Shown: piece by piece, positions 17,429 to 26,458 of the stretch | How positions within the stretch are numbered: position 1 is the first letter of the stretch | How the letters are laid out: each line of letters opens with the position of its first letter | DNA from: Synergistaceae bacterium | GTDB lineage: Bacteria > Synergistota > Synergistia > Synergistales > 79-D21 | Direction: 5' to 3' | DNA length: 64,000 nucleotides | Assembly: GCA_029267465.1 (NCBI GenBank) | Contig: JAJUIT010000001.1 | Span: 2,589 to 66,588 of the forward strand | Translations under genes and position numbers: made by a program | Notes under the pieces: model-generated | Database searches by the model: none | What the model was told of the DNA's origin: nothing | What the model saw: only the letters and a program-made list of their open reading frames with translations

Positions 17429-17911
17429 TCAGCAGGACAGGTTGAGGCCTCCCCCGACAAGCTCGGGGGCTTGGTTTAGCTTGGACTTTTCCTCCTCCGA
17501 AAGGAGGGCGCCTTCCTCCTTGAGAGTTTGAATCGCTCTTGCCCAGGCACCGTTCAAATCCTCCAGCATTCCAAGCACCGTTTCAACCCTGGTGGCGTCC
17601 TTGTGAAGGTTGGCCGATACCAGTTCAAGGTAAAGGTAATCGTAGAGGGCCCCGAGTTTTTCCACGAAGGGATCGGTTGCCTCTTCACCAGGAGGCTGTC
17701 GAAGAGAAAAGCGCAGTTCCCGCAACGCTCTCTGAGCTGTCTGAAGCGAACGGTTGGCTTCCTCCGGGTCCTGGGCCTCGATCGCCGCGATCCCCTTGCG
17801 GCAGCAGCCGATCAGGATGTCGTAGGTCGTCAACAGCAACTTCTCTCTCGAGGCGATTCGGATCTCCTGCTGCAGGTAGGTCATGCGGATGTCCCGACTC
17901 TGATCCGTCAT
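17429..17911 (-). CDS. fliS: Flagellin-specific chaperone FliS
   Basis: TYLQQEIRIASREKLLLTTYDILIGCCRKGIAAIE...LGALYDYLYLELVSANLHKDATRVETVLGMLEDLNGAW. Confidence 0.9.
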   Translation of the reverse strand: MTDQSRDIRMTYLQQEIRIASREKLLLTTYDILIGCCRKGIAAIEAQDPEEANRSLQTAQRALRELRFSLRQPPGEEATDPFVEKLGALYDYLYLELVSANLHKDATRVETVLGMLEDLNGAWARAIQTLKEEGALLSEEEKSKLNQAPELVGGGLNLSC

Positions 17912-17935
17912 ACAGATTCAACCCCTTTCCAACCA

Positions 17936-19675
17936 TCAGGCGACCCAGGAAAACAGCCCGTTAACCAGGTCGATCCTGGCCTCGGCCTCTTCCGGTCCTG
18001 CTTCCGAGAAACCGTCTTCGGCAAGTGCGGGGAGAGTCCTCTCTCTTTCCGGATTCGGTGCCCCAAAACCCTGTCCCGGCTCTCCGTTCACATCCACCGT
18101 CATTTCCCCCAGGTGGATTCCCTGCTGCCTCAATCCTTCCCGCAGGCTTTCCTCAGACTTGACCACCATCTCGCGAACGTCTGGGCTTTCAACGGTCAGA
18201 GAAAGCCGGACCCTTTCTCCGGCAGAGAACAAAACAACCCGGACATCTCCCAGCTCAGGCGGGTGAAGCCGGATGACCCCCCTCTGCCGCCCCTTAGAAG
18301 AAGACAGATAGGCGGTCATTTTAGCGATCCCCGTTTCGAGCGCCGCGGCTTTTGTTGAAATGTCGGGGGTTCCCGGCCCGGCCTGGGCGGTTTGCCCCAT
18401 GGGGAAGTCCCCGCTGGTCAGCATCCCCTCCGTCAAGGGAGGGACACTTTTCCCCTGTATGTCCCGTTTCCCTTCTTCAGGGGACGCGGGGAGAATTCCA
18501 TTCAGTTTCTGCAGGGTCAACCTGTCGCCCCGGTGTTCTTCCTTCGGGCGCACCGTCTGCCCCGGAATCAGCACATCAAGAAGCCGAAGGGAAGCGCCTT
18601 CCCTTCGAAGTACGTTTTCTTCACCGGTCCCCTGGAGGGGAATTTGTTCCAGAAAGCGGCCCGCCGGAAGGAATGCCTCCCGCCGGAGATTGACATCCAG
18701 GGGGAGTTCGTTTCGAAGAGCCTCCGTCAAGCCATCCGATCGATTCCCCGCTTGGCTATTCCGGCCATGGAGAATCTCCAGCCTGGTACTGCCCGCCGCA
18801 AGTGAAACGGAAGGAGGCATCGAAGAATCGGCCAACGTCACCGGTCCTTCCCGCGTGGAAAAAGGCTCGATGCGCAACTGAAGGGGTCCCGCTTCCTGGA
18901 AGGCAGGGAGAGTTCGATCGTCCCCCTGAGATTCCCCCGACTCGGTCTTTTCCTCTTGAGTCCCGAGGCGGCCGTTTTGTCCTCTACAACAGGCTCGCTC
19001 TTTGACGGGAAAGGGACTTGACCCCCGCGCGCAATCCCCTGCGGCGTTCGGGTTCAGGGGGGTGACCAGGAAGTTTTCTGCGACGGAAGGATCTGCTTTC
19101 GGTTCCTCGGAAACGGACTGCTGCTCCGAAACCGCCAAGGGAAGGATCCGGGGGCCGCAGGAGGGAGAGCACGGCGAAAACTTCTCCGAACCTTCTTTCC
19201 CTGAAGGGGATGGAGGGGGAACGTTTCCCGGATCCGCCTCGTTTCTGCCCGGCTCTCTTAGGGGCTCTTCTTCGAGGCTTTCCGGCAGGCCCAGCTTTTC
19301 CTGGTGCCGAAGTGCCTGCAGAGTCTCCAGCAGGATCGCCGTCTTTCCGGAGCCGAAGAGGTCCCCCTTGGGCGAGAGCCCTTCCTGTGCCGCCTGGGAT
19401 GGAACCGTTTGCGGCGTCCTTTCGGATATGCCGAATGAAAGCGGATCGTTCAGAAAGATTGTCGTGCGGCTTCCTGGAAGCCGATTGGTTCCTCCGGCCT
19501 CCCTCCCTGCCGGAACCGAACCCGGCGGTTCTCCTGGCAGGGCTTTTTCCATGGCTTCCAAAAAGGGAACATCAGCCGGAACCGCTTCCCGAGAAGCAGG
19601 AGAAGCTCCGGCATTTCGGCCTGCTTCGAAAGAACACGAGAAAGAAACGCTTTCCACCCGCTGCCCCCCTTCCAC
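17936..19675 (-). CDS. FliK-like hook-length control protein
   Basis: P/E/S/G-rich low-complexity N-terminal two-thirds. The C-terminal domain GVIRLHPPELGDVRVVLFSAGERVRLSLTVESPDVREMVVKSEESLREGLRQQGIHLGEMTVDV matches the Flg_hook (FliK C-terminal) pattern. GTG start; the exact start is uncertain. Confidence 0.65.
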   Translation of the reverse strand: MEGGQRVESVSFSCSFEAGRNAGASPASREAVPADVPFLEAMEKALPGEPPGSVPAGREAGGTNRLPGSRTTIFLNDPLSFGISERTPQTVPSQAAQEGLSPKGDLFGSGKTAILLETLQALRHQEKLGLPESLEEEPLREPGRNEADPGNVPPPSPSGKEGSEKFSPCSPSCGPRILPLAVSEQQSVSEEPKADPSVAENFLVTPLNPNAAGDCARGSSPFPVKERACCRGQNGRLGTQEEKTESGESQGDDRTLPAFQEAGPLQLRIEPFSTREGPVTLADSSMPPSVSLAAGSTRLEILHGRNSQAGNRSDGLTEALRNELPLDVNLRREAFLPAGRFLEQIPLQGTGEENVLRREGASLRLLDVLIPGQTVRPKEEHRGDRLTLQKLNGILPASPEEGKRDIQGKSVPPLTEGMLTSGDFPMGQTAQAGPGTPDISTKAAALETGIAKMTAYLSSSKGRQRGVIRLHPPELGDVRVVLFSAGERVRLSLTVESPDVREMVVKSEESLREGLRQQGIHLGEMTVDVNGEPGQGFGAPNPERERTLPALAEDGFSEAGPEEAEARIDLVNGLFSWVA

Positions 19676-19775
19676 TGCCGAAACAACCCTCCCTTTCTCT
19701 GTTTTCGGCCTTTCGGGCCGGAAGGTGCAGGGGGATAACCCGGCAAATTTGGACGGATCCAGGGATCAAGCCGCG

Positions 19776-21257
19776 TCAATCAGACGAAGAATCAGACCCC
19801 GAACTTCTGAACGAAGAGGAGGATAACCCTGAAGAAAAGATCGAAAGCATACTTGCCTGCTGGGTCAATTTTGCGAGGCTGGCTTCCATTTCCGAGTAAA
19901 GCGCCTCAAGAGAAGCCTTCTGAAGAGCAAGGCGAGTTTCGAGATCCTTCACGCGCAGGTCAATCTGCCCCGACTGCTTCTCCAGCGAATCGACCTGTTG
20001 GAGAAGACGCCCCTTCTTGACCGATACCCCTCCGACATTGACCGTCGACCTGGAAATCATCCCATCCGAGATCACGCCCAACCGGTCGGCAAAGGTTTTG
20101 AGGGTCTCGGCCACCGCCTTTGGATCGGATTTCATGTTTTCCATGAATACCGATTCGTCAAATTCGAGCTTGCCGCTCTTGCCGAAATCGGTGGCCTCCG
20201 TCCTGATGCCCAAACGGGACAGCGTCAGATTTCCCGCCTGGGATCCCGTTGGCATCATCACGATTTCCCGCAAAGACTGCTTGCTCGTCCATAAGAGGGA
20301 ATCTCCACGAAGCAATCCCCTTTGTCTTTCCAGGGCGTTTTGCGGCGACTCTACAGGTTTTTCCACAAGCCTCTTGTTGATCCAGTCGAGCGTGGCGTTG
20401 TAGGCATCCACCGTCGATTTCACCGACTCAACCGCATCTTTCGCGTCCAGGGAAACGTCCAGATCCACCGTTCCCGGCGAGTTCAGTTCAAGGGTCACAC
20501 CCTGCAGAAGGTCGTTGATCGAATTCGAGCTGCGCCTCACTTCCAGCCCGTCCACCCGGAGAACGGCATCCGCCGGTTCCTGCAGGACCTTCGAGAATTC
20601 CCCTGATCCGTCCAGCATGCCCAGGTCCTTCAAGATCCCGTTTGGGTCCTCCGCCCGGATTTTAAACTCCTGTCCCGTGGTTTCCGCCTTCAGGACCAGC
20701 GTGTTGTCCAGAACGAGGGCCCGCATGGGAACGGAAACCCCTCGGGCGGCAGCCTCCTTTCCGATGGCCTGGTTGATCCCTTCCGCCAGGCCGGAAAGGC
20801 CCTGTCCCGCCGATACGGTGACAGGAACCGAAAAATCCCCGATAGAAAGGGAAAAGCTCCCCGATTTTCCCAAGGGTGAATCCGTGCTCTGGAAACGGGC
20901 ACTTGCGACCCGATGAGCCTGGGCCAAAGAAAAGACCTCAATCTGCGATCGTCCGATCTCGGCAAGGGGAGAGGCATCGGCGGTCAAAACCGAGTGCGTC
21001 GAACCCGCCGAACTCCCGGTGGGTGTCACCGCGGCTTCCTTTTTCAGAAAGGTCGACTCCAGCCTCAGGCTTGAAAGGCTGTCCTTCAGGGTATTGAAGT
21101 AGACCGCCAGTTCGTTATAGAGATTCTCCTTGTCCTCCAGTTTCTGCTGTTCCTTTTTCCAGGCCGTTTCCGGCTGCCGGCGGTTTTCGATGAGTTTGTC
21201 GATGATGCCGCCCCAATCAATCCCAGAACTCAGGCCAGAAATCTGAAAATCCGCCAT
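19776..21257 (-). CDS. fliD: Filament cap protein FliD (HAP2)
   Basis: N-terminus ISGLSSGIDWGGIIDKLIENRRQPETAWKKEQQKLEDKENLYNEL. C-terminal coiled coil with ETRLALQKASLEALYSEMEASLAKL. Confidence 0.9.
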   Translation of the reverse strand: MADFQISGLSSGIDWGGIIDKLIENRRQPETAWKKEQQKLEDKENLYNELAVYFNTLKDSLSSLRLESTFLKKEAAVTPTGSSAGSTHSVLTADASPLAEIGRSQIEVFSLAQAHRVASARFQSTDSPLGKSGSFSLSIGDFSVPVTVSAGQGLSGLAEGINQAIGKEAAARGVSVPMRALVLDNTLVLKAETTGQEFKIRAEDPNGILKDLGMLDGSGEFSKVLQEPADAVLRVDGLEVRRSSNSINDLLQGVTLELNSPGTVDLDVSLDAKDAVESVKSTVDAYNATLDWINKRLVEKPVESPQNALERQRGLLRGDSLLWTSKQSLREIVMMPTGSQAGNLTLSRLGIRTEATDFGKSGKLEFDESVFMENMKSDPKAVAETLKTFADRLGVISDGMISRSTVNVGGVSVKKGRLLQQVDSLEKQSGQIDLRVKDLETRLALQKASLEALYSEMEASLAKLTQQASMLSIFSSGLSSSSFRSSGSDSSSD

Positions 21258-21269
21258 CGTTTTCTCCTC

Positions 21270-22280
21270 CTAATCCGAGAACTCCTCTTCCTTTCCCTGC
21301 GGCTTCTGAATCACCCGCAGGATCCGGGCCGCCATGGATCCCTTGGGTGACACCCCGAAGGCGACCTCGAACTTTGGCAGGGGGCCCACGTACAGGATCC
21401 CCGGTTCACTTGTGGGAACGGTCAGGTTAAGGACATCCCCGACTCCGATTTCAAACAGGTCCCTGACGGTCAGACCGGTGCTGCAAAGCTCTCCCACGAG
21501 TTCAACCCGGATGGCCTTCAGTTTCTCGCTCAACCTGGCCCGCTCCTCGTCCGAAAGGGGTTTCTCCTTTGTGATGAACCATTCCTGCGGATTGAACCGA
21601 TCCAGGACAGGTTCGAGGGTGTGAAAAGGAAGGCAAAGATTCAGGCGCCCCTCCACGAGCCCCACCTGGACCCTCATGTTCACCAGGAGGACCATTTCGG
21701 CTTTCGGCACGATCTGGACAAAAAAGGGATTGCTTTCACGACCGATCAGCTCGAAATGGATTCGATCCCCAGAGCGGACTGTTTCCCAGCTTCCGTCCAG
21801 CTCCTCCAGCACGCAAACCAGGATCTTTTCGACGACGACCCGTTCTAGGTCCGTGAACTCCCGCAGGGCATGAAGCGTTTCTCCCTTCCCCCCGAGCATC
21901 CGGTCGATGAGGGAGAACATCAGGGCCTGGTTCATCTCCAGCAGCGCCTTTCCTCCCAGGGGGATCACTTCCAGGACTCCGAGGGTCGTCGGAGAGAGGA
22001 CAGAACGCACGAACTCCTCATAGGGGACCTGCTCGACATTCGCCACTTCAACGGAAACCATCGACCGGGTCATGCTTGAAAGCGCGCTCGTCAGGTACCG
22101 GGCAAAGCTCTCGTGGAGCATCTGTACCGCACGGATCTGGTCGCGGCTGAACTTGTTCGGCCTCCGGAAGTTGTAGGTCTTCACGCGTTTTTCGGATGTT
22201 GCCGCCGGGCCGGAAGGCTCGCCTGCGGCCAGCGCGCTGATGAGCTTGTCAATTTCTGACTGGTTCAGGACATCGACCAC
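21270..22280 (-). CDS. fliM: Flagellar motor switch protein FliM
   Basis: N-terminal CheY-P binding peptide LNQSEIDKLI, then YNFRRPNKFSRDQIRAVQMLHESFARYLTSALS. GTG start after GGGAGG. Confidence 0.95.
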   Translation of the reverse strand: MVDVLNQSEIDKLISALAAGEPSGPAATSEKRVKTYNFRRPNKFSRDQIRAVQMLHESFARYLTSALSSMTRSMVSVEVANVEQVPYEEFVRSVLSPTTLGVLEVIPLGGKALLEMNQALMFSLIDRMLGGKGETLHALREFTDLERVVVEKILVCVLEELDGSWETVRSGDRIHFELIGRESNPFFVQIVPKAEMVLLVNMRVQVGLVEGRLNLCLPFHTLEPVLDRFNPQEWFITKEKPLSDEERARLSEKLKAIRVELVGELCSTGLTVRDLFEIGVGDVLNLTVPTSEPGILYVGPLPKFEVAFGVSPKGSMAARILRVIQKPQGKEEEFSD

Positions 22281-22303
22281 TCAGGGCCTCCCATGGGCTC
22301 CAA

Positions 22304-22780
22304 TCACTGGAGAATGAACGATTTGAACAGGGCTCTGCGGATCACGGGCTGTCCGTTAGATTGAGGGGCAACTCGGTTCAGGCGGTTGACGATGGCCTCC
22401 GAAACGCGTAAAAGGCCCTCGGTGTTTCGGAAGGCGTTCGCCCCCTGGGCCAGGGATTCCTCGATCACCTCGTTGCGAAAAAGGATCTTCCAGTATTCAT
22501 CTGCGGACAACCTGGCGGCGGCCTTTTTCTCCTGCAGCTCCAGGGCTAGTTCGAAGCTGACGAGAGCTCCCCCGGAAACCTGATCTCCCGGTAGCGAAAG
22601 CTTGAACTCGCCGAGATCCATCAGGGGATAAGCGGCTGGCTCCGGGTTTTCCTGGCGTGCGGCGGCTGTTCCAAGCAGGAAACCGGATCGCCCGAGCTGG
22701 ATCCCTCCGAAAAATCCCGCGGAGAACACCAGCACGCCTCCCAATAGGCAAAAGGCGACTTTCTTCAGCGCCATCTTCAA
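22304..22780 (-). CDS. fliL: Flagellar basal body-associated protein FliL
   Basis: Single N-terminal TM segment (VAFCLLGGVLVFSAGFFGGI), then FLVSFELALE-type and FRNEVIE...LNRV FliL-like segments. It lies immediately upstream of fliM. Start is TTG 22780 or ATG 22774. Confidence 0.75.
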   Translation of the reverse strand: MKMALKKVAFCLLGGVLVFSAGFFGGIQLGRSGFLLGTAAARQENPEPAAYPLMDLGEFKLSLPGDQVSGGALVSFELALELQEKKAAARLSADEYWKILFRNEVIEESLAQGANAFRNTEGLLRVSEAIVNRLNRVAPQSNGQPVIRRALFKSFILQ

Positions 22781-22808
22781 GGCACACCCACCCCCTATTG
22801 CCGTCGAA

Positions 22809-22842
22809 GCCGACTCCTATACTTTCCAGTATAAGAGTCGGC
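22809..22842 (-). promoter_or_regulatory. 14 bp stem hairpin/palindrome with GGA hexaloop between fliL and the divergent lipoprotein gene
   Basis: Minus-strand reading: GCCGACUCUUAUAC-UGGAAA-GUAUAGGAGUCGGC. All 14 pairs form on the minus-strand RNA (one G.U). The same position is a C.A mismatch on the plus-strand RNA. Confidence 0.3.
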
Positions 22843-22846
22843 AGAG

Positions 22847-23983
22847 ATGGACACATTCCTTAGGGAACGGGAGGCGTATTCCCTGAAAGATCGATTCCTG
22901 GCGTTCCTCGTCCTTTTCCTTCCCCTCTTTCTCGGGTGCCCAGCCGCGCGGGCTGAACAGGCAACCTCCCTCAACCTGATCCGAATCGCCCTGCTGGTAC
23001 CTGCAGGCTCCCAGGCACAAGGGCTTGGACAAGCCACCCGGATTTTCCTGGAGGGACGCCTGAACCAACCGCTCAAGGAAAAGGGCTTTGCCCTTCAGGC
23101 CATGGGGGTTACCATGCCCGTCACGCCAGCCGAAGCGAAGCGGCGTGTCGCGGACCTGAAGCAACAGGGATTCGACGGGGCGATTTCCCTGCTGTCCGGG
23201 CCGGAGAACGCGATTCTTGCGCGATTGGGAAATCCTCCTTTCCCGATCCTTTTGACCTGGTCCGAGGAAGTTCCCATCCCCCCCGGCAACGACTCCTTCC
23301 TTTTCGGGATCGATTTTGAAGAAAGCTTTCGCCCGATTGCCTGGACCCTCTGGGCTAGAAAGCAGTCCCCTTCGGAGTGGGATTTTTACACCGAAAGCCT
23401 TGATGTCCGGCTGAATCGCCTGGCAGGAAAAACTGAAGCCGAATTCGCGAATCTTGGCCTATCAGTCCGCTCCTATCGTTTCCGAAGGAACAAACCGGAA
23501 CAGTACGGCAACCTGTTCAGCCTTCCCTCGTCAGGAGGGAAGCGGTCCGCCCTGATCTGGCTTGAAAAGGACCAGGCGGCCGCGATTGGCGAAGCCCTGG
23601 TCTTCCGTGCGGGAGAAGGCTCATTCATCTGCTTCGGAAAGGACCTTCCTGTCCTCGTTTCCTCCAGCAGGTTCCGGTATCTGACCCAGGACCCCAACGG
23701 GGGCGACCGGTTCACAAAAGCCAGGCTCGCAGCCGTGTGGCTCGCCGAAGCCGTGCTGGCCGGGGACAGTCCGCCGCGGGATGCCCGGAAACTGGCTCGA
23801 GCCCTGGAGAAGGTTCAACGCATCGAGGGATCCGGGGAGGAGATCTGGCTCTGCCCCGAGAGACACCGTCCTTTCCGGAAGGCTGTTTTTTTCCTACGCC
23901 CGCGAAGCGGCGCCCTGGAAATCACGGAAAGGATTTTGCTTGAAAAGAAAGGGGAAAATTTCGTTTCGCCTATCGGCCGATGA
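22847..23983 (+). CDS. Putative lipoprotein, possibly periplasmic-binding-protein-like (378 aa)
   Basis: Lipobox LPLFLGC after a hydrophobic stretch. Alternating beta/alpha character (IRIALLVPAGSQAQGLGQA...QQGFDGAISLLSGPENAIL) hints at a type I PBP fold. It is the only long ORF in this interval. Its 3' end overlaps fliR by 14 nt. Confidence 0.4.
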   Translation: MDTFLREREAYSLKDRFLAFLVLFLPLFLGCPAARAEQATSLNLIRIALLVPAGSQAQGLGQATRIFLEGRLNQPLKEKGFALQAMGVTMPVTPAEAKRRVADLKQQGFDGAISLLSGPENAILARLGNPPFPILLTWSEEVPIPPGNDSFLFGIDFEESFRPIAWTLWARKQSPSEWDFYTESLDVRLNRLAGKTEAEFANLGLSVRSYRFRRNKPEQYGNLFSLPSSGGKRSALIWLEKDQAAAIGEALVFRAGEGSFICFGKDLPVLVSSSRFRYLTQDPNGGDRFTKARLAAVWLAEAVLAGDSPPRDARKLARALEKVQRIEGSGEEIWLCPERHRPFRKAVFFLRPRSGALEITERILLEKKGENFVSPIGR

Positions 23984-24761
23984 ATTCCGGGAAAAGCTCG
24001 AGGAAGGGAAGAGTGCTGTTCCAGAAAGCCGTCTGAATGATGCTGATGGCCATGACCGCCAAGAGAAAAATCCCGAGCAGGATTTTGACGGGAAATCCAA
24101 GCATGAAGAGATTCATCTGGGGAAGCGCTTTTGAGGCCGCCCCGAGGCCGATTTCGGCGGCCAGGAGAAGGCCGAAGTAGGGAAGGAACATTTTCGCGGA
24201 GAGGATGAAAAGCCCCTTGATCCAGTGTGAAACACCCTCCAGGCTGAGAAAAGCGGCCAGGGGACTCCCGACTGGAATCATTCTGAAGGTTTCGTTCACA
24301 GCCTGGACCATCAGCAGGTGCCCTCCCCAGTAAAACCAGAACCATGTTCCGAGAAGCGTTTTCATCTGGCCGACCGGAGAAACCCTTGCTTCCGTCATCG
24401 GGTCGACGGTTTCAGAAATGGAGAGACCCATTTGCTGGGCGATCAGGCTCCCGGTCATCTGGAGAGCCGTGATCGGAGCGGAAGAGAGGGTCCCGAGAAT
24501 GGCCCCGCAGAAGAGCTCCCTTCCGCAGGCGAGCAGCACTCCGAACGAATTGGAAAGCATCCGGATGTCGATCGGTGCGTCCTTGCACAACGGCAGGATG
24601 ACGACCCCCAGGGCAAACGAAAGCCACAACCGGACCATCATCGGGACAGCGGCCCCGGTAAACAAAACCAGGAAGGAAAAAAGCCCCAGGAATCTCAGGG
24701 AGGCGAGGAAAACGAAAAGCAGCAGGCGAATGAGATCTGCCTGTCCAGGGACGGACGTCAT
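23970..24761 (-). CDS. fliR: Flagellar export apparatus protein FliR
   Basis: 263 aa polytopic membrane protein with an ATGA-type overlap with fliQ. FliR-like LRFLGLFSFLVLFTGAAVPMMVRLWLSFALGVV. Confidence 0.9.
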   Translation of the reverse strand: MTSVPGQADLIRLLLFVFLASLRFLGLFSFLVLFTGAAVPMMVRLWLSFALGVVILPLCKDAPIDIRMLSNSFGVLLACGRELFCGAILGTLSSAPITALQMTGSLIAQQMGLSISETVDPMTEARVSPVGQMKTLLGTWFWFYWGGHLLMVQAVNETFRMIPVGSPLAAFLSLEGVSHWIKGLFILSAKMFLPYFGLLLAAEIGLGAASKALPQMNLFMLGFPVKILLGIFLLAVMAISIIQTAFWNSTLPFLELFPEFIGR

Positions 24762-25024
24762 TTGACGAAGGCCTGAAGGTTCCCGAAAACATCCTTCGCC
24801 AGGTTAACCACCTGGTGAAAGATCGTCGGTCCGAGGAAGAGGGTGGTCAAAAGCACGGCGAGGATTTTGGGAACGAACGAAAGTGTCTGTTCCTGGATCG
24901 AAGTCGCGGTCTGAAGGATTCCGATCGCCAACCCCACGACGAGAGCCGCCAGCAGGATCGGCAGGGATGCGAAAAGGGTGATCCAGACCGCCCGGCTGAA
25001 CAGAGATGCCATTGAACCGTCCAC
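24758..25024 (-). CDS. fliQ: Flagellar export apparatus protein FliQ
   Basis: 88 aa: LPILLAALVVGLAIGILQTATSIQEQTLSFVPKILAVLLTTLFLGP. Confidence 0.95.
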   Translation of the reverse strand: MDGSMASLFSRAVWITLFASLPILLAALVVGLAIGILQTATSIQEQTLSFVPKILAVLLTTLFLGPTIFHQVVNLAKDVFGNLQAFVK

Positions 25025-25049
25025 GAAGATTCCTCCTAACGAAGGCTTG

Positions 25050-25826
25050 TCACTGGAAACTCTTCACGAGTCCGACAACCAGCAAATCCCATCCATCGGC
25101 GAGCACGAACAGCAGGACCTTGAAGGGCAGGGAGACGAGCATGGGCGGGAGCATGATCATTCCCATCGCCATGAGGACGCTCGAGACGATCATGTCGATT
25201 ACCAGGAAAGGGATAAAGAGCACAACCCCCATCTGGAAGGCGGTCTTCAGTTCGCTGATCAGGAAAGCGGGCATCAGCACGACAGTCGGGACGTCCTCCG
25301 GTTTTTCAGGCCGCTTCATGCCGGAAAGGGAAACCATCAGAGAAAGCTCCTTCTCGCGCGTTTGGCGGAACATGAATTCCCTCAGTGGGCGGATGCCCCG
25401 TTCGTAGGCCTGTTGCGTGCTGATCCGCCCCTCCTGCAGCGGCTTGTAGGCGTCGGCGTAGATCTGCTCCCATGTCGGTCGCATGATGAAAAAGGTCAAA
25501 AAGAGGGCAAGAGCGACGATGACCTGGTTAGGGGGCAATTGCTGAATGCCCATGGCGCTCTTGAGAAAGCCGAGCACTACGAGGATCCGGGTAAAACAGG
25601 TCGTCATTAGGGCGATTGCCGGCGCCAGGCTGAGGATCGTCAGCAGGAGAAGGACCTGGATCGTTACCGAGGCTTCCTGGGGCGTGGCCGCTTTCCCGAC
25701 GTTCAGGGTCACGGAAGGCAGCGCAGGGACCGGGATCTCGGCAGCCCAAGCTTTTACGGACAGAATCACGCTCCCGATCAGAAGGATCGTGAGCAGACGG
25801 CAGAAAGACCGCCATGAAATCTTCAT
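25050..25826 (-). CDS. fliP: Flagellar export apparatus protein FliP
   Basis: Signal peptide, then LLLLTILSLAPAIALMTTCFTRILVVLGFLKSAMGIQQLPPNQV...FLISELKTAFQMGVVLFIPFLVIDMIVSSVLMAMGM. Confidence 0.95.
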   Translation of the reverse strand: MKISWRSFCRLLTILLIGSVILSVKAWAAEIPVPALPSVTLNVGKAATPQEASVTIQVLLLLTILSLAPAIALMTTCFTRILVVLGFLKSAMGIQQLPPNQVIVALALFLTFFIMRPTWEQIYADAYKPLQEGRISTQQAYERGIRPLREFMFRQTREKELSLMVSLSGMKRPEKPEDVPTVVLMPAFLISELKTAFQMGVVLFIPFLVIDMIVSSVLMAMGMIMLPPMLVSLPFKVLLFVLADGWDLLVVGLVKSFQ

Positions 25827-25839
25827 TAGAAAGCCCGTT

Positions 25840-26340
25840 CTATTGGAATCCCAGGACGAGAAAGAGATTCGCCGTTCCCCTCCCGCTGCTCAGGGGAATC
25901 GTAAAATATCGGATCCCCTGGGCCTGGGCAGGGACGGACCGCAGGTTCTCCCCGGTGAAAAGCTGGGGCGGCGTGATGTCGACACGGCCGGAATCGCTTT
26001 TTGCCAGCTCCTGGAGCGCCGAACCGCAGATCATGTTCGCAAGTTCCCCAAGCGCGCTGATCGCCAGGCTGTCGCCGGGGCATGGATCCTTGATCATGCC
26101 GCCGGACATGGTCCGGATCACATCCTTGAAGGTCGCCTCGTCCGTCAGGAGGGCGACCGACCCCCTGATGTCGGTTCCCACCACCCCGATCAATGCCGCC
26201 GCACAGCTTCCCGAAGCCTTGATGCCCGGCCCGACGTTGTCCCTGTCCACCATCAGGTTGAGCCCAAGTCCCTTGGCTACGTTGACCGTTCCTGCTGTAA
26301 AGGCTTGAACCAGGCGAGTCAAGGTTGACAAAGATGTCAT
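25840..26340 (-). CDS. cheX: CheX-like CheY-P phosphatase
   Basis: 166 aa CheC/CheX-superfamily pattern: IGVVGTDIRGSVALLTDEATFKDVIRTMSGG...ISALGELANMICGSALQEL...GRVDITPP. It lies 13 nt upstream of fliP. Confidence 0.7.
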   Translation of the reverse strand: MTSLSTLTRLVQAFTAGTVNVAKGLGLNLMVDRDNVGPGIKASGSCAAALIGVVGTDIRGSVALLTDEATFKDVIRTMSGGMIKDPCPGDSLAISALGELANMICGSALQELAKSDSGRVDITPPQLFTGENLRSVPAQAQGIRYFTIPLSSGRGTANLFLVLGFQ

Positions 26341-26458
26341 TAAGTAAACACTCCATTCCCCTGTATTCTTCCGGTAACCCGCCTTCCGGCGGTGGCCGAG
26401 GCTTGTTACAATAGTCTTCGGCTATCGATCTTTCCGAAAAAAGGGCGGTATTCAATTC

